A stretch of DNA of 64,000 nt from Candidatus Poseidoniaceae archaeon. Lineage in GTDB: Archaea; Thermoplasmatota; Poseidoniia; Poseidoniales; Poseidoniaceae. This document shows, piece after piece, positions 1 to 8,140 of the stretch. The translations under genes were made by a program, and so were the position numbers. The notes under the pieces are model-generated. The model was not told where the DNA came from. It saw only the letters and a list, made by a program, of their open reading frames with translations, and ran no database searches. Position 1 is the stretch's first letter. Every line of letters starts with the position of its first letter. The DNA lies in the NCBI GenBank assembly GCA_030747785.1, contig JASLKC010000026.1:4967-68966 (forward strand), read 5' to 3'.

Positions 1-220
1 GGTCAGTGGGTGGAGAACGTGTGTCTTCATAGCGTACTGCAAAGCCATCCATGGCTGAATTATCAAATGGTGGATCGTTTACTAAAGAAGCAAGGTCTTG
101 TGCTAATATTCTGCCGTGGGCGTCATCCAAATTGACTATTTCCGATTCTACAGCGGGCTTTGTTTGACAACAAATTTCCAACGCTTCCTCGAGGGACACG
201 AAGTAGGGGAGATTGGTCAT
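1..220 (-). CDS. moeA: Molybdopterin molybdenumtransferase MoeA, N-terminal fragment (gene runs off the left edge)
   Basis: Absent from the ORF track because it is open at the window edge. The reverse-strand ATG at 220 gives MTNLPYFVSLEEALEICCQTKPAVESEIVNLDDAHGRILAQDLASLVNDPPFDNSAMDGFAVRYEDT..., which matches the conserved MoeA N-terminus (PFDNSAMDG[FY]AV). It lies directly downstream of a molybdoenzyme operon. Confidence 0.65.
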   Translation of the reverse strand, partial: MTNLPYFVSLEEALEICCQTKPAVESEIVNLDDAHGRILAQDLASLVNDPPFDNSAMDGFAVRYEDTRSPPTD

Positions 221-268
221 CGTCAACACCAAGGGGCATTCATGCTTGAGTGTCGCGGTAGATTGGTC

Positions 269-1078
269 TCAAAACATCAATGCGAAATCTATGAAATATC
301 TGCATAGGCTCAAGCTCACTGCAGCAAGGAAAATTATCGTAACGATTTTATTTGAAATGTGTTGAATTGCATATTTCGCTCCACAGAAGGCGCATGTAAA
401 TGCTAGCAGCGGAATTAGGATTGTCAAAACAATTCCGACTGAATTGAAGAGAGAGTGGACTACTCCGTCAAGGACAATGTGGCTTAGCAATGCAACTGGT
501 ACGATTGTTGCGCCTATCTGGTAACTTGTTCCTGCGGCTTTGTGGGCGTCCATTTTTAGTAACGATCTGTTCAGAGTGACTAGGATTGCCCCTCCTCCTA
601 TTCCAAGTATTCCTGACGCTGTGCCTGCAAGAGCTGTTCCAACCTGATACTTCTTCTTCAGAGGTTCAAAATTTGGAGGGGTTTTGTTTTCAGATTGTTC
701 TTTTCGCATCCTTGTAATCGTGCGTTCAATAATGAAGATTAGAATTGCTGCTGCAATAATTTTGATTCCTACTTCTCCAACCTTATCGATAAGAATTCCT
801 GCAAGAAGTGTACCCACTATTGCGAACGGGATTGCTGAAATTCGTCCTGCGTTTGCAATAGTAGAGTCGGTGTATCCAGATTTTTTGTGGGAAAGGCTAC
901 TTCCAAGAGCCACCATGAAAACTAGTAATAGAGATCCTGTGATTGATTCTTTCATTCCCCAATCAAGAAGATAGAGAAATATTGGCACATATAGTACTCC
1001 CCCTCCTAAACCGAGTGGGCTGAAAATTAACGCTACAAATAGCAATAATGCTACTGCGAAAATTGTTGTGGGGTCCAT
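269..1078 (-). CDS. TauE/SafE (DUF81) family anion exporter, integral membrane protein
   Basis: A 269-aa polytopic hydrophobic protein. It has two half-repeats, each with a G-x-G-G-G motif (PLGLGGGVLYVP and ILGIGGGAILVT), as in TauE/SafE permeases. The ATG at 1078 lies 8 nt after the upstream stop. Confidence 0.8.
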   Translation of the reverse strand: MDPTTIFAVALLLFVALIFSPLGLGGGVLYVPIFLYLLDWGMKESITGSLLLVFMVALGSSLSHKKSGYTDSTIANAGRISAIPFAIVGTLLAGILIDKVGEVGIKIIAAAILIFIIERTITRMRKEQSENKTPPNFEPLKKKYQVGTALAGTASGILGIGGGAILVTLNRSLLKMDAHKAAGTSYQIGATIVPVALLSHIVLDGVVHSLFNSVGIVLTILIPLLAFTCAFCGAKYAIQHISNKIVTIIFLAAVSLSLCRYFIDFALMF

Positions 1079-1086
1079 TTTATCAC

Positions 1087-3816
1087 CTACTTTTTCCCAA
1101 TAAAGAAGTGTTCGGGTTTTGGCGCTAGTGGCCGTTTAAACCAAAGTGGCCTCCTTTCTCCGCGAGGGTGAGTTTCCTTTTCTTTAGCCCAATCATTCCA
1201 CTTCTTGTAATGTGCCATGGATTTCTCCATATCTACTTCTACATCACCGTATAATTCATCATCGCCGGGTCGCGATAGCCATACTTTTTGCAACCAACAA
1301 TGTGAGCCGCTAATAGGGTCGGGTTGCACTGCGTGAGTGATATTTTGGTGAACGCCGCCATCTCTCCACCAGATGCGTTTCGTATCTGGGTCTATTGAAT
1401 CAAAAGATTCGATTCCACTAGTTGTCCGCATGCGCATCTTCCCATCGCCGCGGTCTTCAATTTTAATTTCGTTTGTCATAAACCGGTTGCCAGCATCCTG
1501 TTTTCTCCTCCACCTTCCGATGTGGTGGCTACAGCCGATTACCCCTGGTTTAATGCTCTCAGTCACCCATACCTTGTCGACAAACCATCCAATTTCAGTA
1601 CGGATTTTAAGCAACTCCCCTTCAGCAACGCCGAGTTTTGCGGCGTCTTTTGGGTGAATCCATATTGGATTTTTATGAGCTATTTCAACCAGCCATTTTG
1701 CATTTGCACTGCGTGAATGGATATGTTGTGGTAGGCGGAAATTTGGTAATAGGCAATACTCGTCTTCACCTTCAAGGTTGCTTGGATGGACGTGGCTATT
1801 AATTCGATAATGAGGGATTGAATGTTCAGGGTATCCAAACTCGATCATTGTCTCAGAATAGAATTCTTGCTTCCCACTAGGGGTTGGCCATCCTTCTGTC
1901 TCGTGTTTCTTGTAAGTTGATGGTTCGATTAGGAAGGCGCCGTGTTTTCTCATGTATTCAAGTTCTGTCAAACCTTCTGCAGTGGCCGCTTCAGTAAGCC
2001 CGGGAACCCTCTCGAAAGTATACTGATAATACTCGTCTATGGTAATCTTCTCACCCGGGCGATATGGGCTCATGAAATGTTCTCTGATGCCCATTGTTCC
2101 ATCGTCGATGCGCCAGGATAGTTCATTCCAAAACTCATCTTCTTCCCAAACTGAGCCGGGGTTTACTTCGTGGGTGAATTCTATTTCCTTTCCTTCTCTT
2201 CTTGCATATTCACGTAAAACCGGTTGCCGGAACGCCACCCATTTACCTGAGCTTGTAGCATAGGAATTGATGTCGTGCCTTTCAGAGGAGTGTCCCATTG
2301 GAAGCACGTAATCTGCAAAGAATGCCGTTTCATTCCACGTAGGAGTCATTGCCACGTGGCACCCTATTGCCTCTTCGTTCTGTAACATACCCATCCATGC
2401 AAACCCATCTGGATATGTCCAAACCGGATTGAAGACCCTGGTGAAATACACATCCATTGTTCCTCTTCCTTCTTTCACCATATGTGGTAAAATGTGGCTC
2501 ATTTCAAAATGAGATAGTGTATATTCAGGAGGGTAGTGAAGTTCATTCCAGCCGTCTGGGGCTGGTGGCTCGTCGAATAATTCGGGTTTGAATTTGGACC
2601 ACGAGTTCGGTGCTGTTCCGCCTTCAGTACCAACGCTTCCAGTTAGAACATTGAGGAAATGGAGCGTTCGCGCAACTTGCCAACCCCCAAGATTGCCAAT
2701 TGATGCTGACCGCCAAACGTGAGAGGAAAGTGCGCTACCTGCTTCTGCAACTATGTTTCCAACTTCAATTACTTGTTCTACGGGAATTCGACATTCCTCT
2801 GCAGCAAATTCGGGGGTATAGATTGAATATTCTTCTTTCATTAATTCAATAAATCTCTCAAATGTTTGTGCCTCTCCGGGATGGTCTGCGGCTAACCACA
2901 TTTCCCAATTTACCCAATCTTCAAGGAAGCTGCGATCATATGTTCCTTTATCGAGAATCATCTTTGCCCATGCGAGGAATAGCGCTGGCTCAGAGCCCGG
3001 CCAGGTTGGAACCCAGTGGTCTGCCATTGCAGCGGTATTAGACAATCTTGGATCGATGACAATTAGTTTTGCACCGTCCATCATTCCCTCAAGAATTCTC
3101 TGTGCGTGCGGATTGAAATAATGGCCAGTTTCGAGGTGTGATGAGGTTAATAGAATCACTTTGGCGTTCGCGTGATCTGGTGAAGGGCGGTCGTGTTTGT
3201 GCCAAATTGCATATCCCGTTCTAGCACCTGCTGAACAGATATTTGTGTGACTATTATGACCATCGACGCCCCATGCTTTGAGGACACGGTTGGTGTAGCC
3301 TTCGTGACCTGGGCGCCCCACATGGTATACCACTCTGTCTTTAGCGCCCGTTTTTAGGCTTGCACGAATTTTGGTTGAAATTTCATCAAGGGCTTCGTCC
3401 CAAGTGATTTCTTCCCATTCTCCGGCGCCGCGTGCTCCTTTGCGGCGTAGGGGTTTGAGAATTCTTTCGGTGTCTTTGATTTGATTGATTGTTGCGGGGC
3501 CTTTTGCGCAATTACGGCCGCGGCTCCCCGGGTGATGGGGGTTGCCTTCGAATTTAGAAACTTGACCAGATTCTTTGTCTACATATGCGAGTAATCCGCA
3601 AGCAGATTCGCAATTGAAGCAAGTTGTTGGAATTAGTGAATAATTTTTCTCAACTTTCTTTGGCCATGCGTTTGCATCTAATTCCATGTGGTTATGCCAA
3701 TCATCAGGGCTTGGAAATTTCCGGAGGGGCCCTTGGATTTTGACTACCTCTTCTCTATCGAGATTGGGGATTATGCGGAGGGTTTGAGCGATGTGTTCGA
3801 TGATGGTTTTCGCCAT
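1087..3816 (-). CDS. Molybdopterin (Mo/W-bisPGD) oxidoreductase catalytic subunit, DMSO-reductase superfamily, no Tat signal
   Basis: 909 aa. The N-terminal [4Fe-4S] motif CFNCESACG...CAKG starts at residue 66. The molybdopterin oxidoreductase core and the C-terminal dinucleotide-binding region have typical length and order. There is a candidate Mo-ligand Cys in HTNICSAGAR. A GAGGTGAT Shine-Dalgarno sits 5 nt before the ATG at 3816. The first 65 residues contain no RR motif. Confidence 0.9.
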   Translation of the reverse strand: MAKTIIEHIAQTLRIIPNLDREEVVKIQGPLRKFPSPDDWHNHMELDANAWPKKVEKNYSLIPTTCFNCESACGLLAYVDKESGQVSKFEGNPHHPGSRGRNCAKGPATINQIKDTERILKPLRRKGARGAGEWEEITWDEALDEISTKIRASLKTGAKDRVVYHVGRPGHEGYTNRVLKAWGVDGHNSHTNICSAGARTGYAIWHKHDRPSPDHANAKVILLTSSHLETGHYFNPHAQRILEGMMDGAKLIVIDPRLSNTAAMADHWVPTWPGSEPALFLAWAKMILDKGTYDRSFLEDWVNWEMWLAADHPGEAQTFERFIELMKEEYSIYTPEFAAEECRIPVEQVIEVGNIVAEAGSALSSHVWRSASIGNLGGWQVARTLHFLNVLTGSVGTEGGTAPNSWSKFKPELFDEPPAPDGWNELHYPPEYTLSHFEMSHILPHMVKEGRGTMDVYFTRVFNPVWTYPDGFAWMGMLQNEEAIGCHVAMTPTWNETAFFADYVLPMGHSSERHDINSYATSSGKWVAFRQPVLREYARREGKEIEFTHEVNPGSVWEEDEFWNELSWRIDDGTMGIREHFMSPYRPGEKITIDEYYQYTFERVPGLTEAATAEGLTELEYMRKHGAFLIEPSTYKKHETEGWPTPSGKQEFYSETMIEFGYPEHSIPHYRINSHVHPSNLEGEDEYCLLPNFRLPQHIHSRSANAKWLVEIAHKNPIWIHPKDAAKLGVAEGELLKIRTEIGWFVDKVWVTESIKPGVIGCSHHIGRWRRKQDAGNRFMTNEIKIEDRGDGKMRMRTTSGIESFDSIDPDTKRIWWRDGGVHQNITHAVQPDPISGSHCWLQKVWLSRPGDDELYGDVEVDMEKSMAHYKKWNDWAKEKETHPRGERRPLWFKRPLAPKPEHFFIGKK

Positions 3817-3825
3817 AATATCACC

Positions 3826-5274
3826 TCAGAGCAGTGGTGCTGCTTGGGCCTCCCTCAGGCCGTGTAAGATGTGTTGGTAGCCAAACCAAAATCCAATTAA
3901 TGATACTGCAATGGCGGGTAAGAAGAATGTCCCTTTGAGGGATTGTTGAAAGAAGATGAAGAGTGAAATAAATGCTAGACCTCCAAAGAAGAGCATTTCA
4001 GTGCTACCTGTCAATATGATTGAGGTGTTGCTTTTGTTAGCCCAGACAACCCTTCCCCTCGCTTGCTTGAAAAGCCAGCCTGTGTAAGATCCTGTCAACC
4101 ATGCTGCTGGGATTCCAGCTATTGCTGTCCACTTGTGTAATTCTACTGGTAAATCAAGAACAAATATTGCAAGGTGGAGAGTCATTAATGCACCAAATGC
4201 TCCGAGAGTAAATCCTCCTCTCACTAACCATGAAGACCAGTTTGGCCTTAGTAGCACATAGATGAATCGCATTGGTTTGTCGAGATCGTGAATCAATAAT
4301 GCCCCTGTAAGCCCTAGTAAAGCGATGCTGAGTGCTATTCCAATCGCCACTATTGTATCAAATTCAAGTTTTCCGAGAAGTATACTAGCCATCAATAGAA
4401 TGTAGAGGCCCGCTGCAGCTGATTTCGTTACGAGATATCCTGCTACCTCCCAATCCCATAGAATTCCTTTGCTTGGGGCGTCGTATGATCTAGTGGCCTT
4501 TGGAGTGGTTTCAGAACCCAATTTCTCCATGACGTCGTGAATAATTGCGCGGTCGCGTGGGTTTGCATCTTTTGCCTTCATTTCCAACGCTAATTGAACA
4601 ATCATTGACGGGGTGTCTGCTTGATGGAGGCGATTATCTGCATACTTCGCAAAATGTCCCACTCCCCCTTCCTGGCTAGTCCACATTCCACTTCCCGTCC
4701 TGAGTGTTGCGGCTGGGTCTAGCATTTCGTCGCTTGCTTGCACGTAGAATAGATTGGGTTTTGCCCCAGATTCTGGCTTACGAACCCTAACGTCATTTTC
4801 TTGAATACGTTGAGATATTGTTGAATTTGGGTTGTCTAAATCGCCAGAGATGATGGATTCTGTTGGACACACCACTACACATGCTGGCTCGTATGAATTT
4901 TCAATTCGGTGTGCGCAATAGTTGCATTTTGCTGCTGTGCCTTTGTTTGGATCGATGTATAATGCATCATATGGGCATGCTTGCATGCATGATTTACAAC
5001 CAATGCATCTTTCGTCATCAAAATCTACAATTCCATCTTCGCGTGGATATAATGCGCTAGTCGGGCAAATTGTGGCGCATGGAGAATCTTCACAGTGGTT
5101 GCAACGATGAACGCTAAATTCTCGTGTGGAGTTAGGGTATTCTCCCTTTTCGATGTACTTGACGTGGGTGCGATTTACACCAATGGGGACGTCGTGTTCG
5201 GATTTACATGCAACAGTACATGCATGGCACCCAATGCAAGTCCGGTTGTCAATTACAAATCCAAAGTTTACCAT
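3826..5274 (-). CDS. Four-cluster 4Fe-4S electron-transfer subunit fused to a polytopic membrane anchor (PsrB/DmsB-like plus NrfD/DmsC-like region)
   Basis: Four ferredoxin-type Cys motifs: CIGCHACTVAC, CNHCEDSPCATICP, CIGCKSCMQACP and CNYC...CVVVCP. Roughly six hydrophobic helices follow in the last ~220 aa. The start is taken at ATG 5274 (MVNFGFVID...). The ORF track starts at an upstream GTG at 5292. Confidence 0.85.
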   Translation of the reverse strand: MVNFGFVIDNRTCIGCHACTVACKSEHDVPIGVNRTHVKYIEKGEYPNSTREFSVHRCNHCEDSPCATICPTSALYPREDGIVDFDDERCIGCKSCMQACPYDALYIDPNKGTAAKCNYCAHRIENSYEPACVVVCPTESIISGDLDNPNSTISQRIQENDVRVRKPESGAKPNLFYVQASDEMLDPAATLRTGSGMWTSQEGGVGHFAKYADNRLHQADTPSMIVQLALEMKAKDANPRDRAIIHDVMEKLGSETTPKATRSYDAPSKGILWDWEVAGYLVTKSAAAGLYILLMASILLGKLEFDTIVAIGIALSIALLGLTGALLIHDLDKPMRFIYVLLRPNWSSWLVRGGFTLGAFGALMTLHLAIFVLDLPVELHKWTAIAGIPAAWLTGSYTGWLFKQARGRVVWANKSNTSIILTGSTEMLFFGGLAFISLFIFFQQSLKGTFFLPAIAVSLIGFWFGYQHILHGLREAQAAPLL

Positions 5275-5288
5275 ATTGATACCCGGGG

Positions 5289-5624
5289 TCACTCAAAGGA
5301 TTTTGCGTGCTCACAGTGCGGGCATGTAATTGTGTAACGAGCTTTTCTTGGCTTTGGGACCTTCATGATCGAACCACACATTTCGCATTGATGACGAATT
5401 GTTTCCGGTGCTTTTGGCGCTTCAGGAGCACCTACAGTACGGCCGACATCTGTTGACCACCCGCGGGCGTCTGAATACGCGTCCGTTTTCTTTAATTTGG
5501 AGCTTTTCAAAGAAAGTCGAAACTTCTTCTTTCTACGCCTTTTGCCGGGAGCTGGTGCCTTTGCCGCCATAAGAATCGGTTTCCGCTTAGTGTTCCGGTA
5601 TTCAACCGCTTCGGCTGTTTTCAT
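5289..5624 (-). CDS. Small, highly basic zinc-ribbon protein (hypothetical)
   Basis: 111 aa. It has a Lys/Arg-rich N-terminal half (GKRRRKKKFRLSLKSSKLKK) and a C-terminal C-x2-C...C-x2-C ribbon (CEMCGS...CPHCEH). Its ATG overlaps the upstream stop as TAATG. Confidence 0.5.
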   Translation of the reverse strand: MKTAEAVEYRNTKRKPILMAAKAPAPGKRRRKKKFRLSLKSSKLKKTDAYSDARGWSTDVGRTVGAPEAPKAPETIRHQCEMCGSIMKVPKPRKARYTITCPHCEHAKSFE

Positions 5625-6937
5625 TAATTTAGATTGGTGGAAATGCCGTTTACTGGAGTGTGAACCTCGTGCCCGTTGGCCTCAAGTGCTTCAACAAGAG
5701 GGGGGCGAGCATTTGTTGGGTCAGTGTGGTATACAACAACGGTTTCTGCTTCGCATTGGGAGGCGAAATTAACAATTTCAGAGTGTCCAGAGTGGGTAGA
5801 AAATGTAAATTGGTCAACTTCTAAATTAATTGTAGTTTCCTTATCCCAAATGGGTACTTTGCCTTTATCGAGTAACATTCTTCCCCCAGAACCCTTTGCT
5901 TGATAACCGGTTAGTAATATTGCGTTACGGGGATCTTCTCGAAGGCGGTTAAGATACCAAATCGATGGGCCGCCATCCATCATTCCTGATGTTGATACGA
6001 TACAATCTGCATTTAGGGCCTTCTTGCGATCGGATTTTGATGATACTTTCTTGCACCAACTCCAAGCTGAATTTAATGCGGCGGGATCTCTTAGAAGTTC
6101 AGGGTGCTCCATCTGGATTTTTGCTACACGCTTTCCCATTCCATCGACATGAACGTCTAACTCTGGAAGGTGTTTGTGAAGTGTCATTACAACATCTTGG
6201 GTTCTTCCGTTAGCAAATGCTGGAATTAATGCTGTACCACCGCGTTCGGTTACTTTTACAATTCTCTCTATGAATCGTTGAACTTCTTCCTCTTTGTTGG
6301 GATGTTCTCTTCCCCCATAAGTTCCCTCAACAAATAATACATCGGTTTTTTCTGGTTTAGCGCCGTTTACTAAAGATGAGTCTCTTGTATCAAAATCTCC
6401 ACTGAAAAGGAGTTTGTGAGTTTCTGTTTCAACATGAAGCATTGCGGCACCAGGGATATGTCCTGCTCCTAGTAATTTGAGTGTCCAGTCATTATTTTTC
6501 CATGGGGTGTTGAGGTCATGTGGTTGCCATGAGGCCATAGCGCCATCGATATCTCTCTTATCCCATGCTAATGGATATCCTTCAATTCTGCTAACTTTGT
6601 AGCAATCATTCCACATCATTCTCGAAATTTCTGCAGTTAATCTTGTACCATGTAATTTTGTTCTATGATTTGAACAAAGCCATGGAGCCATTCCTAAATG
6701 ATCAATATGTGAATGTGTAATTACTGCATCTTTTACAGGAGGGGCTTCGTGTGGATAACGTGGTGGATCTGTTGGAGCTAATCCATAATCAAGTAACATT
6801 TTAGTTCCTTTATAGTCTTCAAACATACATCCAACATTTCCTACTTCATCTCCTCCACCAAGGTAATGATATCTCATTCCTTTATCAGGAGGTGTTTCGG
6901 GATATGAAGTGGTTCGACCTGGAGAGTATAGAACCAT
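5624..6937 (-). CDS. Metallo-beta-lactamase / beta-CASP ribonuclease, aCPSF2-like (no KH domains)
   Basis: HxHxDH motif (VITHSHIDHLG). The N-terminus YLGGGDEVGN is typical of archaeal CPSF-like RNases, and the size matches aCPSF2. The start is set at ATG 6937, which is preceded by AAGGAGA. The ORF track begins at GTG 6976. Confidence 0.8.
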   Translation of the reverse strand: MVLYSPGRTTSYPETPPDKGMRYHYLGGGDEVGNVGCMFEDYKGTKMLLDYGLAPTDPPRYPHEAPPVKDAVITHSHIDHLGMAPWLCSNHRTKLHGTRLTAEISRMMWNDCYKVSRIEGYPLAWDKRDIDGAMASWQPHDLNTPWKNNDWTLKLLGAGHIPGAAMLHVETETHKLLFSGDFDTRDSSLVNGAKPEKTDVLFVEGTYGGREHPNKEEEVQRFIERIVKVTERGGTALIPAFANGRTQDVVMTLHKHLPELDVHVDGMGKRVAKIQMEHPELLRDPAALNSAWSWCKKVSSKSDRKKALNADCIVSTSGMMDGGPSIWYLNRLREDPRNAILLTGYQAKGSGGRMLLDKGKVPIWDKETTINLEVDQFTFSTHSGHSEIVNFASQCEAETVVVYHTDPTNARPPLVEALEANGHEVHTPVNGISTNLN

Positions 6938-7268
6938 ATTATCTCCTTGTGCCGACCATGCATGAACATGTCGCACCCCTGTATTTCCAATGGAAGTAAA
7001 ATTAGAGTAAATGGATCAATTATTATCTCGCGAAGGTTAAGGACTAGACGCGAAACACAACAAAGGGTCTTGCTAACGCTCTTTTCTAATCACATCTTTT
7101 CTTACTATTCACAACCATCTAAAATAAACTCCAGTGGAAATAGAGGGGTAGGGGTTGGGGGTACGAATTTTTTTAATTTTTATTTTAATTGATTTCCACT
7201 CCACATTATTCCATTAACTAAATCAAATAAAAAATCAATATTCCAATGGCCATCTGGCCGAAGATGCA

Positions 7269-7493
7269 ATGACCCTGTGTCCACTCCAAGAATTGATGAC
7301 GAAGTCTAAGACCGGAATTTTCGTTGTTGATGAAGATCTATGTTATGGCTGTGGAGCTTGTATTGCAATGTGCCCTACCAATGCTTTGGAATTAGTAGAT
7401 AGACTTGCAATCGTTATTCAAAACGACTGTACTCTTTGCAATCATTGTATCCCTTCTTGTCCCGTATTTGCACTTTCAATTAAGGAGGGCTGA
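7269..7493 (+). CDS. 2x[4Fe-4S] ferredoxin
   Basis: 74 aa with two C-x2-C-x2-C-x3-CP motifs (CYGCGACIAMCP and CTLCNHCIPSCP). An alternative ATG exists at 7296. Confidence 0.8.
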   Translation: MTLCPLQELMTKSKTGIFVVDEDLCYGCGACIAMCPTNALELVDRLAIVIQNDCTLCNHCIPSCPVFALSIKEG

Positions 7494-7495
7494 AA

Positions 7496-8140
7496 ATGGT
7501 AATCATTGCAGGCGCTGGATTAACTGGCCTTTCATGCGCATTAGAATTACTTGAAACAAATAGGGAAGTAACATTATTCGAGGCACGTCAAGAAATAGGC
7601 AATCCAGTAAGATCACCAGGACTATTACGAAATATAAATCCAAAATATATCGAGATATGTTGTGCAACTTCAGGACCACTAGGGTGGGGATTTAGACGAG
7701 AGTGGTTGGAAAAAGAAATGGCTAGAGAAGTTTTGGAAATGGGGGGAAAAATTAACCTAAAAACAAGAGCTCCGGAAGGCGCAATTGATTGTACTGGAGG
7801 AAAATCTTCAGCGCCCGGTTGGCCTGTAGGAGCAAGAGATAATTCCCTCATTAATTGGTCGGGCGGCATTACAATAGAGGATAATTTACCCGTTGAATTT
7901 TCAATCAACACACAAACCGAAGACACATTGTGTTTTCAAAGAGGCGATGGCTTAGTAGAATGTTGGTCACGAAACGACAAACTTCCACGCCCAAAACAAG
8001 GGTGGTTAGAGGTGATGAAAGGAGAACACCCCGCCACACCCGAAGAAATCAGCGGCGATGACGCAATCATTCAAGGGAAAGCAATCGCCCGAAAAATCAT
8101 TCAATCAGAGCCGGGGGTGCCGAACTATGACGCCCGATGA
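7496..8140 (+). CDS. Short FAD/NAD(P)-binding Rossmann protein, resembling a truncated geranylgeranyl-reductase-like flavoprotein
   Basis: 214 aa. The N-terminal dinucleotide fold is MVIIAGAGLTGLSCALEL...EVTLFE. A strong AAGGAGG Shine-Dalgarno precedes it, and the start lies 2 nt after the ferredoxin stop. The 3' end overlaps the GGGPS start by 14 nt. Confidence 0.55.
   Translation: MVIIAGAGLTGLSCALELLETNREVTLFEARQEIGNPVRSPGLLRNINPKYIEICCATSGPLGWGFRREWLEKEMAREVLEMGGKINLKTRAPEGAIDCTGGKSSAPGWPVGARDNSLINWSGGITIEDNLPVEFSINTQTEDTLCFQRGDGLVECWSRNDKLPRPKQGWLEVMKGEHPATPEEISGDDAIIQGKAIARKIIQSEPGVPNYDAR

Noticed and set aside
116-307. A 63-aa + strand ORF at the left edge.
   Set aside because: It overlaps the reverse-strand MoeA N-terminus, which has a clear conserved motif, and also the TauE 3' end. 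It starts with GTG and has no features.
7143-7161. Possible G-quadruplex (GAGGGGTAGGGGTTGGGGG).
   Set aside because: Only three G-runs of 3 or more are present. A canonical intramolecular G4 needs four. It is reported only as part of the dyad element.
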